Shown here piece by piece: positions 52,965-64,000 of a stretch of DNA of 64,000 nt (position 1 is its first letter; each line of letters opens with the position of its first letter). The notes beneath the pieces were generated by a model. The model ran no database searches and was not told the origin of the DNA. It worked only from the letters and a program-made list of their open reading frames with translations. The DNA is from Candidatus Nanoarchaeia archaeon (GTDB taxonomy: Archaea > Nanobdellota > Nanobdellia > Woesearchaeales > JAQUVJ01): the NCBI GenBank assembly GCA_028693395.1, contig JAQUVJ010000001.1:46387-110386 (forward strand). Reading direction: 5' to 3'. Position numbers and translations under genes: made by a program.

Positions 52965-54680
52965 ATGGATCCAACAATTTTTATAGAATTAAGCAAAATA
53001 TTAGTAGTAACGGTAATTGTAACAGCAATAATAAGAGCACTTAAACAACCTGCACTTATTGGATATATTATTAGTGGTATAATTTGTGGACCTTATGTCT
53101 TAAATTTTATAAATTCTACTGATACTTTATCAACATTTTCACAAATCGGAGTTGCTTTACTTTTATTCTTTGTTGGATTAAATTTAAATCCAAAGGTAAT
53201 AAAGGATGTTGGGAAAATATCTCTTATTACAGGACTTGGACAAGTATTCTTTACCACTGGAGTTGGGTTTTTAATTGCAAAAATAATAGGTTTTAGTACA
53301 GTTAGTGCTTTATATTTATCAGTTGCTTTAGCTTTTAGTAGTACGATAGTAATAATGAAATTACTTTCTGATAAAAATGCACTTGAATCATTATACGGAA
53401 GAATTTCTGTTGGTTTTTTAATTGTTCAAGATTTTGTTGCTATTTTAATTTTACTTGTTATCTCTTCTTTAAGTAATGGTGCTAATTTAACTTCAATGGC
53501 TATAAAAACAGTACTTATGGGAATTGGTGGTATGGGTATTTTATTTCTAATAACAATATATGTTCTTCCAAAATTAACTCAAATTATTGCTAAATCTCAA
53601 GAATTTTTATTATTATTTTCTCTTTCATGGTGTTTTGCAATAGCATCTTTATTTCATTATATTAATTTTTCAATTGAAGCAGGTGCTTTACTTGCTGGAC
53701 TAACACTTTCAATGTCTCCTTATCATTTTGAAATAAGTTCTAAATTAAAACCTTTAAGAGATTTTTTTTTGATATTATTTTTCATTATGCTTGGAGCTCA
53801 AATGACTTTTACAAACATGTTAGCAAACTTAGGAAGTATAATTGGACTATCTTTTTTTGTATTAATTGGTAATCCATTAATAGTTATGGCATTAATGGGA
53901 TTTTTTGGATATACACTAAGAAATAGTTTTATGGCAGGGCTTACCGTAGCACAAGTTAGTGAATTTTCTTTAATTGTTATTTCAATGGGATTAAGCGTTG
54001 GACATGTTACTCAAGAATTATTGTCGATATTAACTGCAATTGCTTTAATAACATTTGCAGGATCAACTTATATGATAATTTATTCAGAAAAAATTTATCC
54101 ATTTGTTGCAAAATATTTTTTCTTTTTTGAAAAAAAAGGTAAAAAAGTTGATGAACATAATTATCAAGAAAATGATGAACATGATATCATATTATTTGGT
54201 TATAATAGAACTGGATTTGATATTGTTGAATCACTAAAAAAGAAAATGAAAAAATTATTAATCATAGATTATGATCCACAAGTAATAAAAAATCTATCAA
54301 TGGAAGGATATGATTGTAGATATGGAGATGCTAATAATTCTGAATTTTTAAATGAAATAAATTTTGTTAAAGCAAATATGATAATATCAACTGTTCCAAA
54401 TATTGAAACAAATTTACTTTTAATAAACAAAATAAAGGAATTAAATAAAAATGCCTTAATAACTGTTGTAGCAAATCAAATAAATGATGCTATTAAATTA
54501 TACAAAAGTGGAGCAACATATGTCATCATGCCACATTTTTTAGGAGGAAAACATTTTTCAACAATGCTTGAAAGCTACGAATCAAATCCTGGAAAATTTC
54601 TAGAAGAAAAATTATCTCATATAGATTACATCATAAAAAAAAAGAAACAAGATATGAATCTATTAGATAATAATCTTTAA
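52965..54680 (+). CDS. Kef-type monovalent cation:proton antiporter (CPA2) with a C-terminal RCK/TrkA-N domain
   Basis: 571 aa. About 12 TM helices (Na_H exchanger-like) followed by a Rossmann-type GxGxxG region (ILFGYNRTGF). Confidence 0.75.
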   Translation: MDPTIFIELSKILVVTVIVTAIIRALKQPALIGYIISGIICGPYVLNFINSTDTLSTFSQIGVALLLFFVGLNLNPKVIKDVGKISLITGLGQVFFTTGVGFLIAKIIGFSTVSALYLSVALAFSSTIVIMKLLSDKNALESLYGRISVGFLIVQDFVAILILLVISSLSNGANLTSMAIKTVLMGIGGMGILFLITIYVLPKLTQIIAKSQEFLLLFSLSWCFAIASLFHYINFSIEAGALLAGLTLSMSPYHFEISSKLKPLRDFFLILFFIMLGAQMTFTNMLANLGSIIGLSFFVLIGNPLIVMALMGFFGYTLRNSFMAGLTVAQVSEFSLIVISMGLSVGHVTQELLSILTAIALITFAGSTYMIIYSEKIYPFVAKYFFFFEKKGKKVDEHNYQENDEHDIILFGYNRTGFDIVESLKKKMKKLLIIDYDPQVIKNLSMEGYDCRYGDANNSEFLNEINFVKANMIISTVPNIETNLLLINKIKELNKNALITVVANQINDAIKLYKSGATYVIMPHFLGGKHFSTMLESYESNPGKFLEEKLSHIDYIIKKKKQDMNLLDNNL

Positions 54681-55128
54681 ATTTTATTCTTTTATTTCTA
54701 TTTATTTTATTTTACGTATTTTCATCTTATAAAATATTATAAATTTATAAAATATTTTTATTAAAAATCTAATTTGTTTAATCTTTTAAATTATTAAAAA
54801 TTTAAAAAATAAATGAAAAATAGAAAACATAAAAATAAAAACATAAAAATAGAAATAGAAAAATAGAAATAGAAAAATAAATAAAAAATGTAAAAATGAA
54901 AAATATAAAAAAATAACAAATACTTAATTCTTCACAAGATAATTAAAGAAAGAAAATCAAATCGAAAACAATAATATAAAATATAAATTAAAAAAAATAG
55001 TAAATTATAATATAAAAAAATAATAAATAAAATAATAATTAAAGAAAAATTAAAGAAAAAAATAAAACAAAAATTCTAAAAAAAATATAAAAAAAATAAA
55101 AGAAAAAGATAAAATAAAAGATAAAAAA

Positions 55129-57558
55129 TTAAATCTTTAAAATATAAACAGATGATATTTTATCTCCATCATTTAACTTTACAAGTCTAACTCCTTGAGT
55201 ACTTCTTCCTATTATTGACATTTGATTTGAAAATATCCTAATAGCTTTTCCTTGTTTTGTTAATATCAAGATTTCATCTTCATCACTTACACTTCTAACA
55301 TCGACAACTTTTCCAGTTTTCTCTGTTACGTTAAGATTTCTTATTCCTTTTCCTCCTCTGTGAGTATGTCTATATTCTTCAATTGCAGTTCTTTTTCCAT
55401 AACCATTTTCTCCAATTGTAAATAAACATGAACCTTTCTCACAAATTCCCATTGAAACAACTCTATCTTCATAAGCAAGTCTAATTCCTATAACTCCTTT
55501 TGCAGTTCTTCCCATTGCTCTAACTTCTGTAGAATTATAAACAATAGCTTGTCCTAAAGATGTTGTCATGAATATATCACAATCTTGTGTTTCATCTATT
55601 ATTTTTACTGAAATTAAATAATCATCTTCTAATCCTATTGCTATTTTTCCATTTGATTGAATTGATTCAAAGTGTGATAAATTTACTTTCTTAACAAAAC
55701 CTCTTCTTGTTGCAAACATAACAAATTTATTTTCATCTGTAAAATCTTTTTTGTCAACTTTTAAGATATTTGTAATTGTTTCACCTGGACCTAATTTCAT
55801 TAAATTTATTGCAGGTTTTCCTTTTGCAATTCTTGAAGATTCTGGTATCATATATGTTTTTAAAGAATATACTTTACCTAAATTTGTATAAAAATGCAAT
55901 ATATCATGAGTATCTGCAACAACTACTTCATTAATGAAATCATCTTTTTTAAGATCACCAGCACTAATACCTTTTCCTCCTCTGTGTTGTGATTGATACA
56001 ATTCTAATGGCATTCTCTTTAAATAATTTGCATCTGTTAATGTTATTACATATGTTTTATTTTCAAGAAGTTCTTCAACATTGAAATCTCCCATTGCAGT
56101 TGTTATTTCAGATTTTCTTTCATCTCCAAACATTCCATCAATTTCTTCTAACTCTTGTTTTATAATTGAATCTATTTTTTTAGAATCAGCAAGTATTGAT
56201 CTTAATTCTTCAATTAATTTCATTAAATCATTAAATTCTTCTCTTAGTTTTAAAGTCTCTAAATTTGTTAATTTTTGTAATCTCATTTCTAAAATTGCTC
56301 TTGCTTGTTCATCATCAATTTCAAAATTTTTTATTAAATTATCTTTTGCAATATTTGCATCTTCAGATTCTTTTATTAATTTTATTGCTAAATCTATATT
56401 ATCTAAACATTTAATTAATCCTTCTAAAATGTGAGCCTTACTCAAAGCTTTTTTAAGTTCATACTCTGTTCTTCTAACAACAATTAATCTTCTATGTTTT
56501 ATAAATTCTACAATTAATTCTTTTAAATTTAATACTTTTGGTGTATTATTTACTAAACATAAATTTTGAATTCCTATTGATGTTTTTAGTGCAGAATGTT
56601 TTAATAAATTATTCATTACAAATTCAGCATTTGAATCTCTTTTAATTTCTATTACTATTCTAATTCCTTCTCTGTTTGATTCATCTCTTAAATCTGAAAT
56701 TCCATTAACTACTCCATTTTTTACAAGATCTGCAATTTGTATAACTAATGTTGATTTATTTACTTGATAAGGAATTTCTGTAACAATTATTGCTTCCTTT
56801 TTTCCTATTTCTTCAAAATGATATTTTGATTGAATTGTAACAGACCCTCTTCCTGTCCTATACATTCTCATTAATCTTTCATCTTTGAAAATAATTCCTC
56901 CTGTTGGAAAATCTGGACCTCTTACGTATTTTAACATTTCATCTATTTCTACATCTTCATTTTCTAAAAATAATTCAATTGCTTTATTTATTTCTTTAAA
57001 GTTATGAGGAACCATATTTGTTGCCATTCCTACCGCAATACCACTTGTTCCGTTTATTAATAATTGTGGAATTCTTGTTGGTAAAAATTCTGGTTCTTTT
57101 AATGATCCATCAAAGTTATCTCTAAATTCAACAGTTTCTTTGTCGATATCTGCTAACATATATTCTGTTAATTTGTCCATTTTTACTTCTGTGTATCTCA
57201 TTGCTGCTGGACTGTCTCCATCAATTGAACCGAAGTTTCCTTGACCATTTACTAGTTTATATCTTAATGAGAAATCTTGAGCCATACGAACCATTGCATC
57301 ATAAACTGCAGTGTCTCCGTGAGGATGATACTTACCTAATACTTCTCCTACAACTCTCGCACTTTTTTTGTAAGGTTTATTATAATTTAATCCTAATTCA
57401 CTCATTGAATAAAAGATTCTTCTGTGAACTGGTTTTAATCCATCTCTTACATCTGGAATTGCTCTTCCTACAATTACAGACATCGCATAATCCAAATATG
57501 ATTTTTTCATTTCTTTTGTTATAGAAACATCAATGATTCTTCTATCGTCGTCTTCCAT
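55129..57558 (-). CDS. gyrA: DNA gyrase subunit A
   Basis: 809 aa. N-terminal breakage-reunion domain with AAMRYTE (active-site Tyr) and a C-terminal beta-pinwheel repeat domain. Confidence 0.9.
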   Translation of the reverse strand: MEDDDRRIIDVSITKEMKKSYLDYAMSVIVGRAIPDVRDGLKPVHRRIFYSMSELGLNYNKPYKKSARVVGEVLGKYHPHGDTAVYDAMVRMAQDFSLRYKLVNGQGNFGSIDGDSPAAMRYTEVKMDKLTEYMLADIDKETVEFRDNFDGSLKEPEFLPTRIPQLLINGTSGIAVGMATNMVPHNFKEINKAIELFLENEDVEIDEMLKYVRGPDFPTGGIIFKDERLMRMYRTGRGSVTIQSKYHFEEIGKKEAIIVTEIPYQVNKSTLVIQIADLVKNGVVNGISDLRDESNREGIRIVIEIKRDSNAEFVMNNLLKHSALKTSIGIQNLCLVNNTPKVLNLKELIVEFIKHRRLIVVRRTEYELKKALSKAHILEGLIKCLDNIDLAIKLIKESEDANIAKDNLIKNFEIDDEQARAILEMRLQKLTNLETLKLREEFNDLMKLIEELRSILADSKKIDSIIKQELEEIDGMFGDERKSEITTAMGDFNVEELLENKTYVITLTDANYLKRMPLELYQSQHRGGKGISAGDLKKDDFINEVVVADTHDILHFYTNLGKVYSLKTYMIPESSRIAKGKPAINLMKLGPGETITNILKVDKKDFTDENKFVMFATRRGFVKKVNLSHFESIQSNGKIAIGLEDDYLISVKIIDETQDCDIFMTTSLGQAIVYNSTEVRAMGRTAKGVIGIRLAYEDRVVSMGICEKGSCLFTIGENGYGKRTAIEEYRHTHRGGKGIRNLNVTEKTGKVVDVRSVSDEDEILILTKQGKAIRIFSNQMSIIGRSTQGVRLVKLNDGDKISSVYILKI

Positions 57559-57618
57559 ATAATATAAAAAAAAGCTCCTTTCTTTTTAAAGTTTTATCGT
57601 AAATTTAAATGACAATCA

Positions 57619-57897
57619 TTGGTCATTGGACGCTCTCTAATACTATTTATATTGATATTAGGCTTTTTTAACTTAAGTAAAATGATATACAAAATTGTTA
57701 GATGTCCTCATTGCAAAAAAATGGTAATGACAACTTCAGAAAAAATATTTAAATGCATGTTTTGTGGGCATATAAAAAAAATGGAAAATTTAAATGTTGA
57801 ATATTCATCAATGGATCCAACACTTGCTAGAAATTTTATGAAATCAAGAAAAAGAGACATACATTTTGAGAAATTTGATGATGTTTGGATAAATTAA
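57619..57897 (+). CDS. Small zinc-ribbon protein
   Basis: 92 aa containing CPHCKK...CMFCGH. The N-terminal 20 aa are hydrophobic, so the true start may be the internal Met at MIYKIVRCPHC. Confidence 0.4.
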   Translation: MVIGRSLILFILILGFFNLSKMIYKIVRCPHCKKMVMTTSEKIFKCMFCGHIKKMENLNVEYSSMDPTLARNFMKSRKRDIHFEKFDDVWIN

Positions 57898-58051
57898 TTA
57901 TTATCTAAATTTAATAAATATTATTAATAATCATATAATTATTAAAGATATTCAAATAATAAAATAATAAAACAATAATTGTGTCACTCTACAGGGATAA
58001 ATTTATATACTATTAATATATCTTTTATAATTATAATAATTTTATGATAAG

Positions 58052-59323
58052 TTGATAATAATGTCTTTAGAAAATAAAATGGAAAATATCTTTTCAATCT
58101 CTGAAAAGGATTTAAAAAAAGATGGAATTTTGTATACAATAGAAGAGATAACTCAATATATTAAACAATTAAAAGAAGCAAAAGTAGAATTAAAAGGTAA
58201 ATATAAAGCTGCAACATACGGACAAGGTTATGCGTTTCCTGAAGTAGAGCCAATAGGTAATAAAATCAAAATTAATAATCTTATAAATAATATTGAAAAA
58301 AATGATTATTTATCTCAAAAAGAAAATGAAGATATTTTATATGAAACAGGAAGGAGTATAAATTCATTTAAAACTCTTATAGGAATAGGAAATAGAGAAT
58401 TGAAAAAAATAGATAGGAAAAAAAAAATACTTGAAGAATTATATTTTGAAAAAAATACATTTGAAATAGGTAAAATAGGAAATAAATATTGCTTAAAAAC
58501 TAATGATAATCATCCTATTATAATTTATTACAAAAATAAATATTATCAAATATCAACAACAAACAAATTATTGCCTTTAGAAATAAATAAGATTAATGTA
58601 GATATTTCTTTTAATCTTGAAAATTTAACTTCTGGAGATGAATTAGAAAATCGTCGAGAATTGTATATATATGGAACAGAAGATAAAAAAGAATTACAAA
58701 AATCTAACACAAATAATATAGATATATATACTAGTGCGGAATTAATATCTTATAATAGTGAAAAACCTATTTTTCTAATTGAATCAATGATTATTCCTGA
58801 AGAAAAAACTGAAGAATTAAATCAGATTCTTAAACAAACTCTAAAAGGAAATCTTATTGTAGGAAGAAAAAATAATAAAAATTTAACATCTTTAGAGGAT
58901 TTATTATTAGATACTAAGGAAAACGAAATAAAAAAAAATAAACAAAAAGAAAATGAATTTAAAAAACAAAATACATACACTCCAAATAGAGAAGGTAAAG
59001 ATTTTCTTTTATCAATGCGTCCTGATGAAATATTTGAAGGAAGTATTTGTGGTGATGGTTTCTTTTATGATGCATATAGATTTGGAGATATAGTTATTGC
59101 AGAATTTGATGCAACTGAACATGCTACATATGTGTTAAGTGCTAAAGAATTTAAACCAAAAGATTATATTACAAGAAAAGAAATAAGAAAAAATCCTGAC
59201 CTATATTTTGAAAGATTTTATCATACTGATTTCTGGAAAGAAAAAATAATAGATTATATTGAATTAAGTAGAAGTAAAGATTTTAGATTTTATGAAATAA
59301 ATCCAAATCCTAAAATAAATTAA
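58052..59323 (+). CDS. Hypothetical protein
   Basis: 423 aa with no recognised motifs. The C-terminal region has conserved-looking aromatic and charged residues (FYDAYRFGDIVIAEFDATEHATY). Confidence 0.4.
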   Translation: MIIMSLENKMENIFSISEKDLKKDGILYTIEEITQYIKQLKEAKVELKGKYKAATYGQGYAFPEVEPIGNKIKINNLINNIEKNDYLSQKENEDILYETGRSINSFKTLIGIGNRELKKIDRKKKILEELYFEKNTFEIGKIGNKYCLKTNDNHPIIIYYKNKYYQISTTNKLLPLEINKINVDISFNLENLTSGDELENRRELYIYGTEDKKELQKSNTNNIDIYTSAELISYNSEKPIFLIESMIIPEEKTEELNQILKQTLKGNLIVGRKNNKNLTSLEDLLLDTKENEIKKNKQKENEFKKQNTYTPNREGKDFLLSMRPDEIFEGSICGDGFFYDAYRFGDIVIAEFDATEHATYVLSAKEFKPKDYITRKEIRKNPDLYFERFYHTDFWKEKIIDYIELSRSKDFRFYEINPNPKIN

Positions 59324-59328
59324 TTTTT

Positions 59329-60435
59329 TTATTTTTTCTTTATTTTACAAATGAAAAAACCCTCAGTATCATTATTATGAGGATAAATTCTTAAAACATT
59401 TTCAATTCTTTCATCTAATTTTTTCCCTTCGAATTCTAAAATTGGTTTGCCTTTTGTAATTGATGGTAATTCTATTTTTTCTATTTCAATATTTTTATAT
59501 TTTTTTAATAAAAAATCTATTACAAATTCGTTTTCTTCTGGTTCTAAAGAACAAGTACTATAAACTAATGTTCCACCTATTTTTAAAATATTAAATGCTA
59601 CATCAATCAATTTATATTGTGCTTTTTGCATTCTTATAATTGCTCCTTTATTCCAAATTTTTAATGTGTTTGTAGATTTTCTAATTGTTCCACTTCCACT
59701 ACATGGGGCATCTAATAAAACTTTATCAAAAAATCCATCTTCTGATGTAATATTTTTTTCATCAGATTTCATATTTTCATAAACAAAATTATTTGACCAT
59801 GATACTTTTTTTAAACTATCTTTATTTGATTTGTGAATCTTTAATTTTTCTTTATTATCATTCTTTATCATGTTTCCAAAAAAAATACCATTCATGTTTG
59901 TTATTATTGTGTTTTTTATTCCACATCTACTAATGTTAACTTTTAATGAACCCAATCTTGAAAAGGATAAATCATTTGAAAAGATAAGACCTTCATTTTC
60001 CATCATTGCAGCAATTTGTGTAGTTTTTGAACCTGGAGCTGCTGCCATATCTAAAACAATTTCACCTGGTTTTGGATCTAAAACAATAGGAGGAATCATT
60101 GATGCTGCTTCTTGAACATAAATAAATCCCATTTTATGTAACATTAGATTTCCTACATCTTTTCTTGTTTTTCCTCTTATATAATATGCATCTTTTGCAA
60201 AAGGAATTTCTTCTATCATCCATTCATCTGATAATTTTTCAATTATGTTAGAATCAGCTTTTAATGTATTTACTCTAATACATCTATCTAAATATGAGAA
60301 ATTATATTTCATAAATTTTTGATATTCTTCTTGTCCTAAAATATTTTCAAATCTATTTATGAAATCTTTTCTTAAATCTTTTGAATCATAATTAAAAGAA
60401 ACTAAGTCGTGTTGTAATTTTGTTCTTATTACCAT
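59329..60435 (-). CDS. NOL1/NOP2/Sun-family RNA m5C methyltransferase
   Basis: 368 aa. SAM motif DMAAAPGSKT and the catalytic region DAPCSGSG...TCS. Confidence 0.75.
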   Translation of the reverse strand: MVIRTKLQHDLVSFNYDSKDLRKDFINRFENILGQEEYQKFMKYNFSYLDRCIRVNTLKADSNIIEKLSDEWMIEEIPFAKDAYYIRGKTRKDVGNLMLHKMGFIYVQEAASMIPPIVLDPKPGEIVLDMAAAPGSKTTQIAAMMENEGLIFSNDLSFSRLGSLKVNISRCGIKNTIITNMNGIFFGNMIKNDNKEKLKIHKSNKDSLKKVSWSNNFVYENMKSDEKNITSEDGFFDKVLLDAPCSGSGTIRKSTNTLKIWNKGAIIRMQKAQYKLIDVAFNILKIGGTLVYSTCSLEPEENEFVIDFLLKKYKNIEIEKIELPSITKGKPILEFEGKKLDERIENVLRIYPHNNDTEGFFICKIKKK

Positions 60436-60468
60436 TATATATCTTAGAATAAATAGAAATATATAAAT

Positions 60469-63400
60469 TTAGACCCTTAAACTAACAACTTTACTTATGT
60501 TTTCTTTTTGATTCATGGTTACACCAAATAAATAATCTGCTTGCTTTATAACACCATCATTATGACTAATTACAATATATTGTGCATTTTTTGAATATTT
60601 TCTAACTAATTGACCCAATTTCTCTGCGTTTTTTTTATCTAATGCAGCATCAACTTCATCCATAATATAAAATGATGCAGGGTTAAATTCTTGAATAGCA
60701 AAAACAAAAGCTAAAGCAGTCATTGTTTTTTCTCCACCAGATAAAGATCTAATATCTAAAAATTTATTTCCTGTTATTTTTACTTTAATTAATAAACCAC
60801 CGGCAAATGGATCATTACTATCTTCTAATTCAAGATAAGCTTCTCCTTTTGTTAATAACTCACCAAATAATCTTTTAAATTTTTCTTGTATGACTTCGTA
60901 TGTTTTTAAAAATTCATATCTCTTTTTTGTCTCAATTTCGTTCATTATTATTAAAATTTCTTCTTTTTCTACTACTAGTTTATCTTTTTTAACAATTAAT
61001 TGATCAAATTTTTCTTTTATACTATCATAAACTTCAAGAGCTCTTAAATTTACTGTTCCTAAATTTCTAATAATTCCTTCAATTTTATTTAATTCTTTTT
61101 TTAATTCTCTTAAATCAGAATCTTTATATTCATTTTCTATTTTCTCAATTTTTTCTTTTGATTCTATATTTAATTGATTTATTTGTTCTTCAAATCCTGC
61201 AATTCTTCCTTTTACAGAAGCTAAGTTTATTGAAAGTGTATTTAATTCTAATTCTGTAACTTTTAGAAATTCTGATGCATCTTCTTTTTCTTTTTCTAAA
61301 TTTGCTATTTCTTCTTCTAATTGAGTTCTATGTAAAATTAAATCTTTGAATTTTTTCAAAAAGTCTTCAGATAATTTTAATTTTTCATTTAATTCTTTTG
61401 TCATTTCATCAATTGAAATTTCTAATTCTTTGATTTCTTTTTTAAATCCAATGTTTTCTTTATTTTGATTTAATACTATTTTTTCAATGTTTTTTAACTC
61501 TGGAGATAATATATTTTCAATTTGTAATATATTATTTTTAATTCTATTTTGAATGTTATTTAATTCTTCTTTTAATTGTTCTTCTTTTGTTTTTAATGCA
61601 TTTAATTCTGCTAATTTTTTAGGATCTTTTATATCTGTTAATTTATTTCTCAAATCTTGTTTTTCTATTTTTAAATTAGCTAGTTCTCTATTTCTTCCAC
61701 TTATTTGCATTACAATTTCATCAATTTTTTCGTCTATTTCTTCTAATTTGTTCTCTAAATCTTTTCTATCTTTTTCTTCTAATCCAAAATTTTCTTCAAT
61801 ATGAAGTGATTTTTCTATTTTAATAATTTCTCCTTCTAATTCTGCTTTGTTTTGTCTTAATTTTAAAATTTCTTCTTCTATTTGTTGTTTTTTATTTTCC
61901 AAAGATGATATAATTAGTCTTGTGTCACTTAATTCTTTTTCAATTCTTTGTGCATTATCATTCGATTCTTTTTCTGAAAATCCAACTCCAACTGATTCTC
62001 TTCTAAATCCTCCACGCATTGCACCTGTTCCTTCAACAACATCTCCATCAATTGTAACCATTCTTAATCTTCCAATTCCTACTTTTTGAGCTACTGTTAG
62101 ATTTTCAACTACAATTGTGTTTCCAAAAACATGTCTAAAAATAACATCTAAACTTTTATTAAATGTAATTAAATCATATGCTCTTCCTATTACTCCTGGT
62201 GTTGTTAAAATCGATTTATCTACTTCTATTGGAGAAGCTCTAATTTTGTTAATTGGTAAAAAAGTTGCTGTTCCTAATTTTAATCTTTTCAAATCTGAAA
62301 TTAATTCTTTTGCATCTTCATCTGTTTGTACAACTATGTTTTTTAACTTTCCTCCTGCTGCAACTTCTAAAGCAGTAGAATATTGTTTTTTTACATTTCC
62401 AAGCTCACTTACAATACCTATTATATTTTGATTTCTTTGTTTTTCTTTCAAAATATGACTTATAGCTCTATCTTGTGCCAAATGTGCTGATACAATATTT
62501 TGTTGAGCCATTGCTTTTGAATAATCTTTTTCTAAAGAAATCATTGTTTGTCTTGCATTATTTAATTGAGCACTAATTGAAGAATCTTCATTTATTATTT
62601 TATTAAGTTTTAAAGTTTTTTCTTTAAAATCTTGTCTTATTGATTTTAATTTTTCAAAATCTTCTTGATTTTTATCTTTAATTTTATTTACTCTTTCTTG
62701 ATTTTCGTTGAAATTATTTATTTGAATTTCTATTTTATCTTTTTCTCTTAAAAGATCTTGTTGACTTACTCTTAATTCATTAATTTGATTTGTGATTATT
62801 TCTATTTTTTCATCTAATTTATCAACTTCTTGTTCAATATCTGAAACATTTTTTATATTATTTTTTTTGTTAAATTCTTCAATTTCTTCTTTGTTTTTAA
62901 AAATTGAATCTTCAACTCTTTTTTGGTTTAATTGCAAACTAGAAACTTCTTTTTTTAGCAATTCAATTTTTCCACCAATTTCTTTAGTTGATGTTTCTAA
63001 ACTTTTATCTCTATCTTGAATTTTAATAATTTCATTTTGACATATTTCAAGTCTATTTTTATTTTTCTCGATTTCTACTTTAAGAAATTCAATTCTTTTA
63101 TTTATTTCAGATTCTGATGCTGTTCCTTTTGAATCAATTTCATTGTTTATTTTTTTTATTTCTTCTTTTTTATCAATAATTGCTTGATACATATCTTTTA
63201 TTTTATTTTGTAATTCTTCTTTTTTGTTTTCTAATGTTTCTTTTTTCTTAAAATTTTTTTCTTCACTTTTTAATATTTCTTGAATTTCTTTTTGTAAAAT
63301 TGAATATTTTAATTCTTTTGATTTCTCATCAAGTTGGATAAATTTTTCTGCTTCATCTCTTTCTACTTTTAATTCGTCTAAGTGAGTTTTTCTTTCTGCT

Positions 63401-63987
63401 AAAATAACATCTGTTTCTTTTAAATGATTTTCAACTTTCTCAAGTTCTGACATTGCTTTGTCTTTTTTATCATCATATACACTAATTCCTGCAATTTCAT
63501 CTACGATTTTTCTTCTTTCAATTGGACTCATGTCAATAATTCTAATGATATCTCCTTGTAATATTATATTATAACCGTCAGGATCTATTCCTGCTTTTGA
63601 GAATAATGTAACAATTTCTGCTCTTGTTGATCTTTTGTCATTGATTTTATAAATAGATGTTCCGTCTTGCTTTACCATTCTTGAAACTTTTATTTCATCA
63701 TCATCAATAGGAAATTCTTTTTCATAATTTGAAAAGAAAATTGAAACTTCAGCACTAGGATATGGTTTTTTTGTTTTTCCTCCGTTATAGATTAGATTAG
63801 AACTTTTTTCTACTCTCATTGATTTTGCAGAACTTTTTCCAAGTACAAAACATATTGCATCCATTACATTACTTTTTCCTGAACCGTTTGGACCAATTAC
63901 TGTATTGAAAGTTTTTCCATAAACCAATTCTGTTTTTTCTGCAAAGGATTTAAATCCTTTCAATTCTAATTTAAGAATTCTTGTCAT
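60469..63987 (-). CDS. smc: SMC chromosome segregation ATPase
   Basis: 1172 aa. N-terminal Walker A (GPNGSGKSN), long coiled coils, a central hinge, C-terminal signature (LSGGEKT) and Walker B (FYIMDEVDAALD). Confidence 0.9.
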   Translation of the reverse strand: MTRILKLELKGFKSFAEKTELVYGKTFNTVIGPNGSGKSNVMDAICFVLGKSSAKSMRVEKSSNLIYNGGKTKKPYPSAEVSIFFSNYEKEFPIDDDEIKVSRMVKQDGTSIYKINDKRSTRAEIVTLFSKAGIDPDGYNIILQGDIIRIIDMSPIERRKIVDEIAGISVYDDKKDKAMSELEKVENHLKETDVILAERKTHLDELKVERDEAEKFIQLDEKSKELKYSILQKEIQEILKSEEKNFKKKETLENKKEELQNKIKDMYQAIIDKKEEIKKINNEIDSKGTASESEINKRIEFLKVEIEKNKNRLEICQNEIIKIQDRDKSLETSTKEIGGKIELLKKEVSSLQLNQKRVEDSIFKNKEEIEEFNKKNNIKNVSDIEQEVDKLDEKIEIITNQINELRVSQQDLLREKDKIEIQINNFNENQERVNKIKDKNQEDFEKLKSIRQDFKEKTLKLNKIINEDSSISAQLNNARQTMISLEKDYSKAMAQQNIVSAHLAQDRAISHILKEKQRNQNIIGIVSELGNVKKQYSTALEVAAGGKLKNIVVQTDEDAKELISDLKRLKLGTATFLPINKIRASPIEVDKSILTTPGVIGRAYDLITFNKSLDVIFRHVFGNTIVVENLTVAQKVGIGRLRMVTIDGDVVEGTGAMRGGFRRESVGVGFSEKESNDNAQRIEKELSDTRLIISSLENKKQQIEEEILKLRQNKAELEGEIIKIEKSLHIEENFGLEEKDRKDLENKLEEIDEKIDEIVMQISGRNRELANLKIEKQDLRNKLTDIKDPKKLAELNALKTKEEQLKEELNNIQNRIKNNILQIENILSPELKNIEKIVLNQNKENIGFKKEIKELEISIDEMTKELNEKLKLSEDFLKKFKDLILHRTQLEEEIANLEKEKEDASEFLKVTELELNTLSINLASVKGRIAGFEEQINQLNIESKEKIEKIENEYKDSDLRELKKELNKIEGIIRNLGTVNLRALEVYDSIKEKFDQLIVKKDKLVVEKEEILIIMNEIETKKRYEFLKTYEVIQEKFKRLFGELLTKGEAYLELEDSNDPFAGGLLIKVKITGNKFLDIRSLSGGEKTMTALAFVFAIQEFNPASFYIMDEVDAALDKKNAEKLGQLVRKYSKNAQYIVISHNDGVIKQADYLFGVTMNQKENISKVVSLRV

Positions 63988-64000
63988 TGATTAAATTTGT

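Noticed and set aside
54681-55128. Possible ncRNA or regulatory array in the 448-bp region with AAAAATAGAAA-type reiterations between kef and gyrA
   Set aside because: It is a convergent 3'-3' intergenic region. The sequence is low-complexity A-rich with no GC-rich stem-forming segments, so it is more likely terminator or spacer DNA.
56081-57524. Two + strand ORFs (117 and 107 aa) within gyrA
   Set aside because: Antisense to the strongly supported GyrA CDS.
61553-63019. Several + strand ORFs (75-104 aa) within smc
   Set aside because: Antisense to the SMC coiled-coil region. They are S/F/L-rich artefacts.

Overview
This 64 kb window looks like chromosomal DNA from an extremely AT-rich archaeon with a reduced genome, possibly DPANN-like. 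Coding density is high, and many conserved proteins carry N/K/D-rich low-complexity insertions. Most genes are housekeeping. The replication and DNA set is RPA, type IA topoisomerase, Orc1/Cdc6, the PolD small subunit DP1, GyrA and SMC. The translation and RNA set is CysRS, Kae1, CCA-adding enzyme, Trm11-like and NSUN methyltransferases and three tRNAs. Also present are CTP synthase, dUTPase, transporters (ABC-2, CorA, Kef/CPA2, CNNM) and a thiol-redox and oxidative-stress cluster (peroxiredoxin, Fur/PerR, TrxB, Trx-DsbD fusion, glutaredoxin and a Cys-rich miniprotein), with a desulfoferrodoxin encoded separately near 6.4 kb. The most interesting loci are five. First, a candidate replication origin at the divergent orc1/cdc6 to cca junction, with an 11-12 bp tandem repeat array and conserved cdc6-polD synteny. 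Second, an intron-containing tRNA whose anticodon reads UAU (a rare Ile decoder for AUA) next to tRNA-Glu. Third, a 678-aa protein with a Pol-beta/MNT-type nucleotidyltransferase core, a lysine-rich tail and a long helical C-terminus, followed by a secreted protein. Fourth, two unusual architectures: a standalone PPDK_N-like ATP-grasp protein with an N/Q-rich tail, and a LMW-PTP/ArsC-HIT fusion. Fifth, extracytoplasmic disulfide machinery encoded around a Cys-rich secreted miniprotein. I saw no CRISPR array, transposase or integrase. All calls come from motifs read by eye in the ORF translations; no database search was possible.
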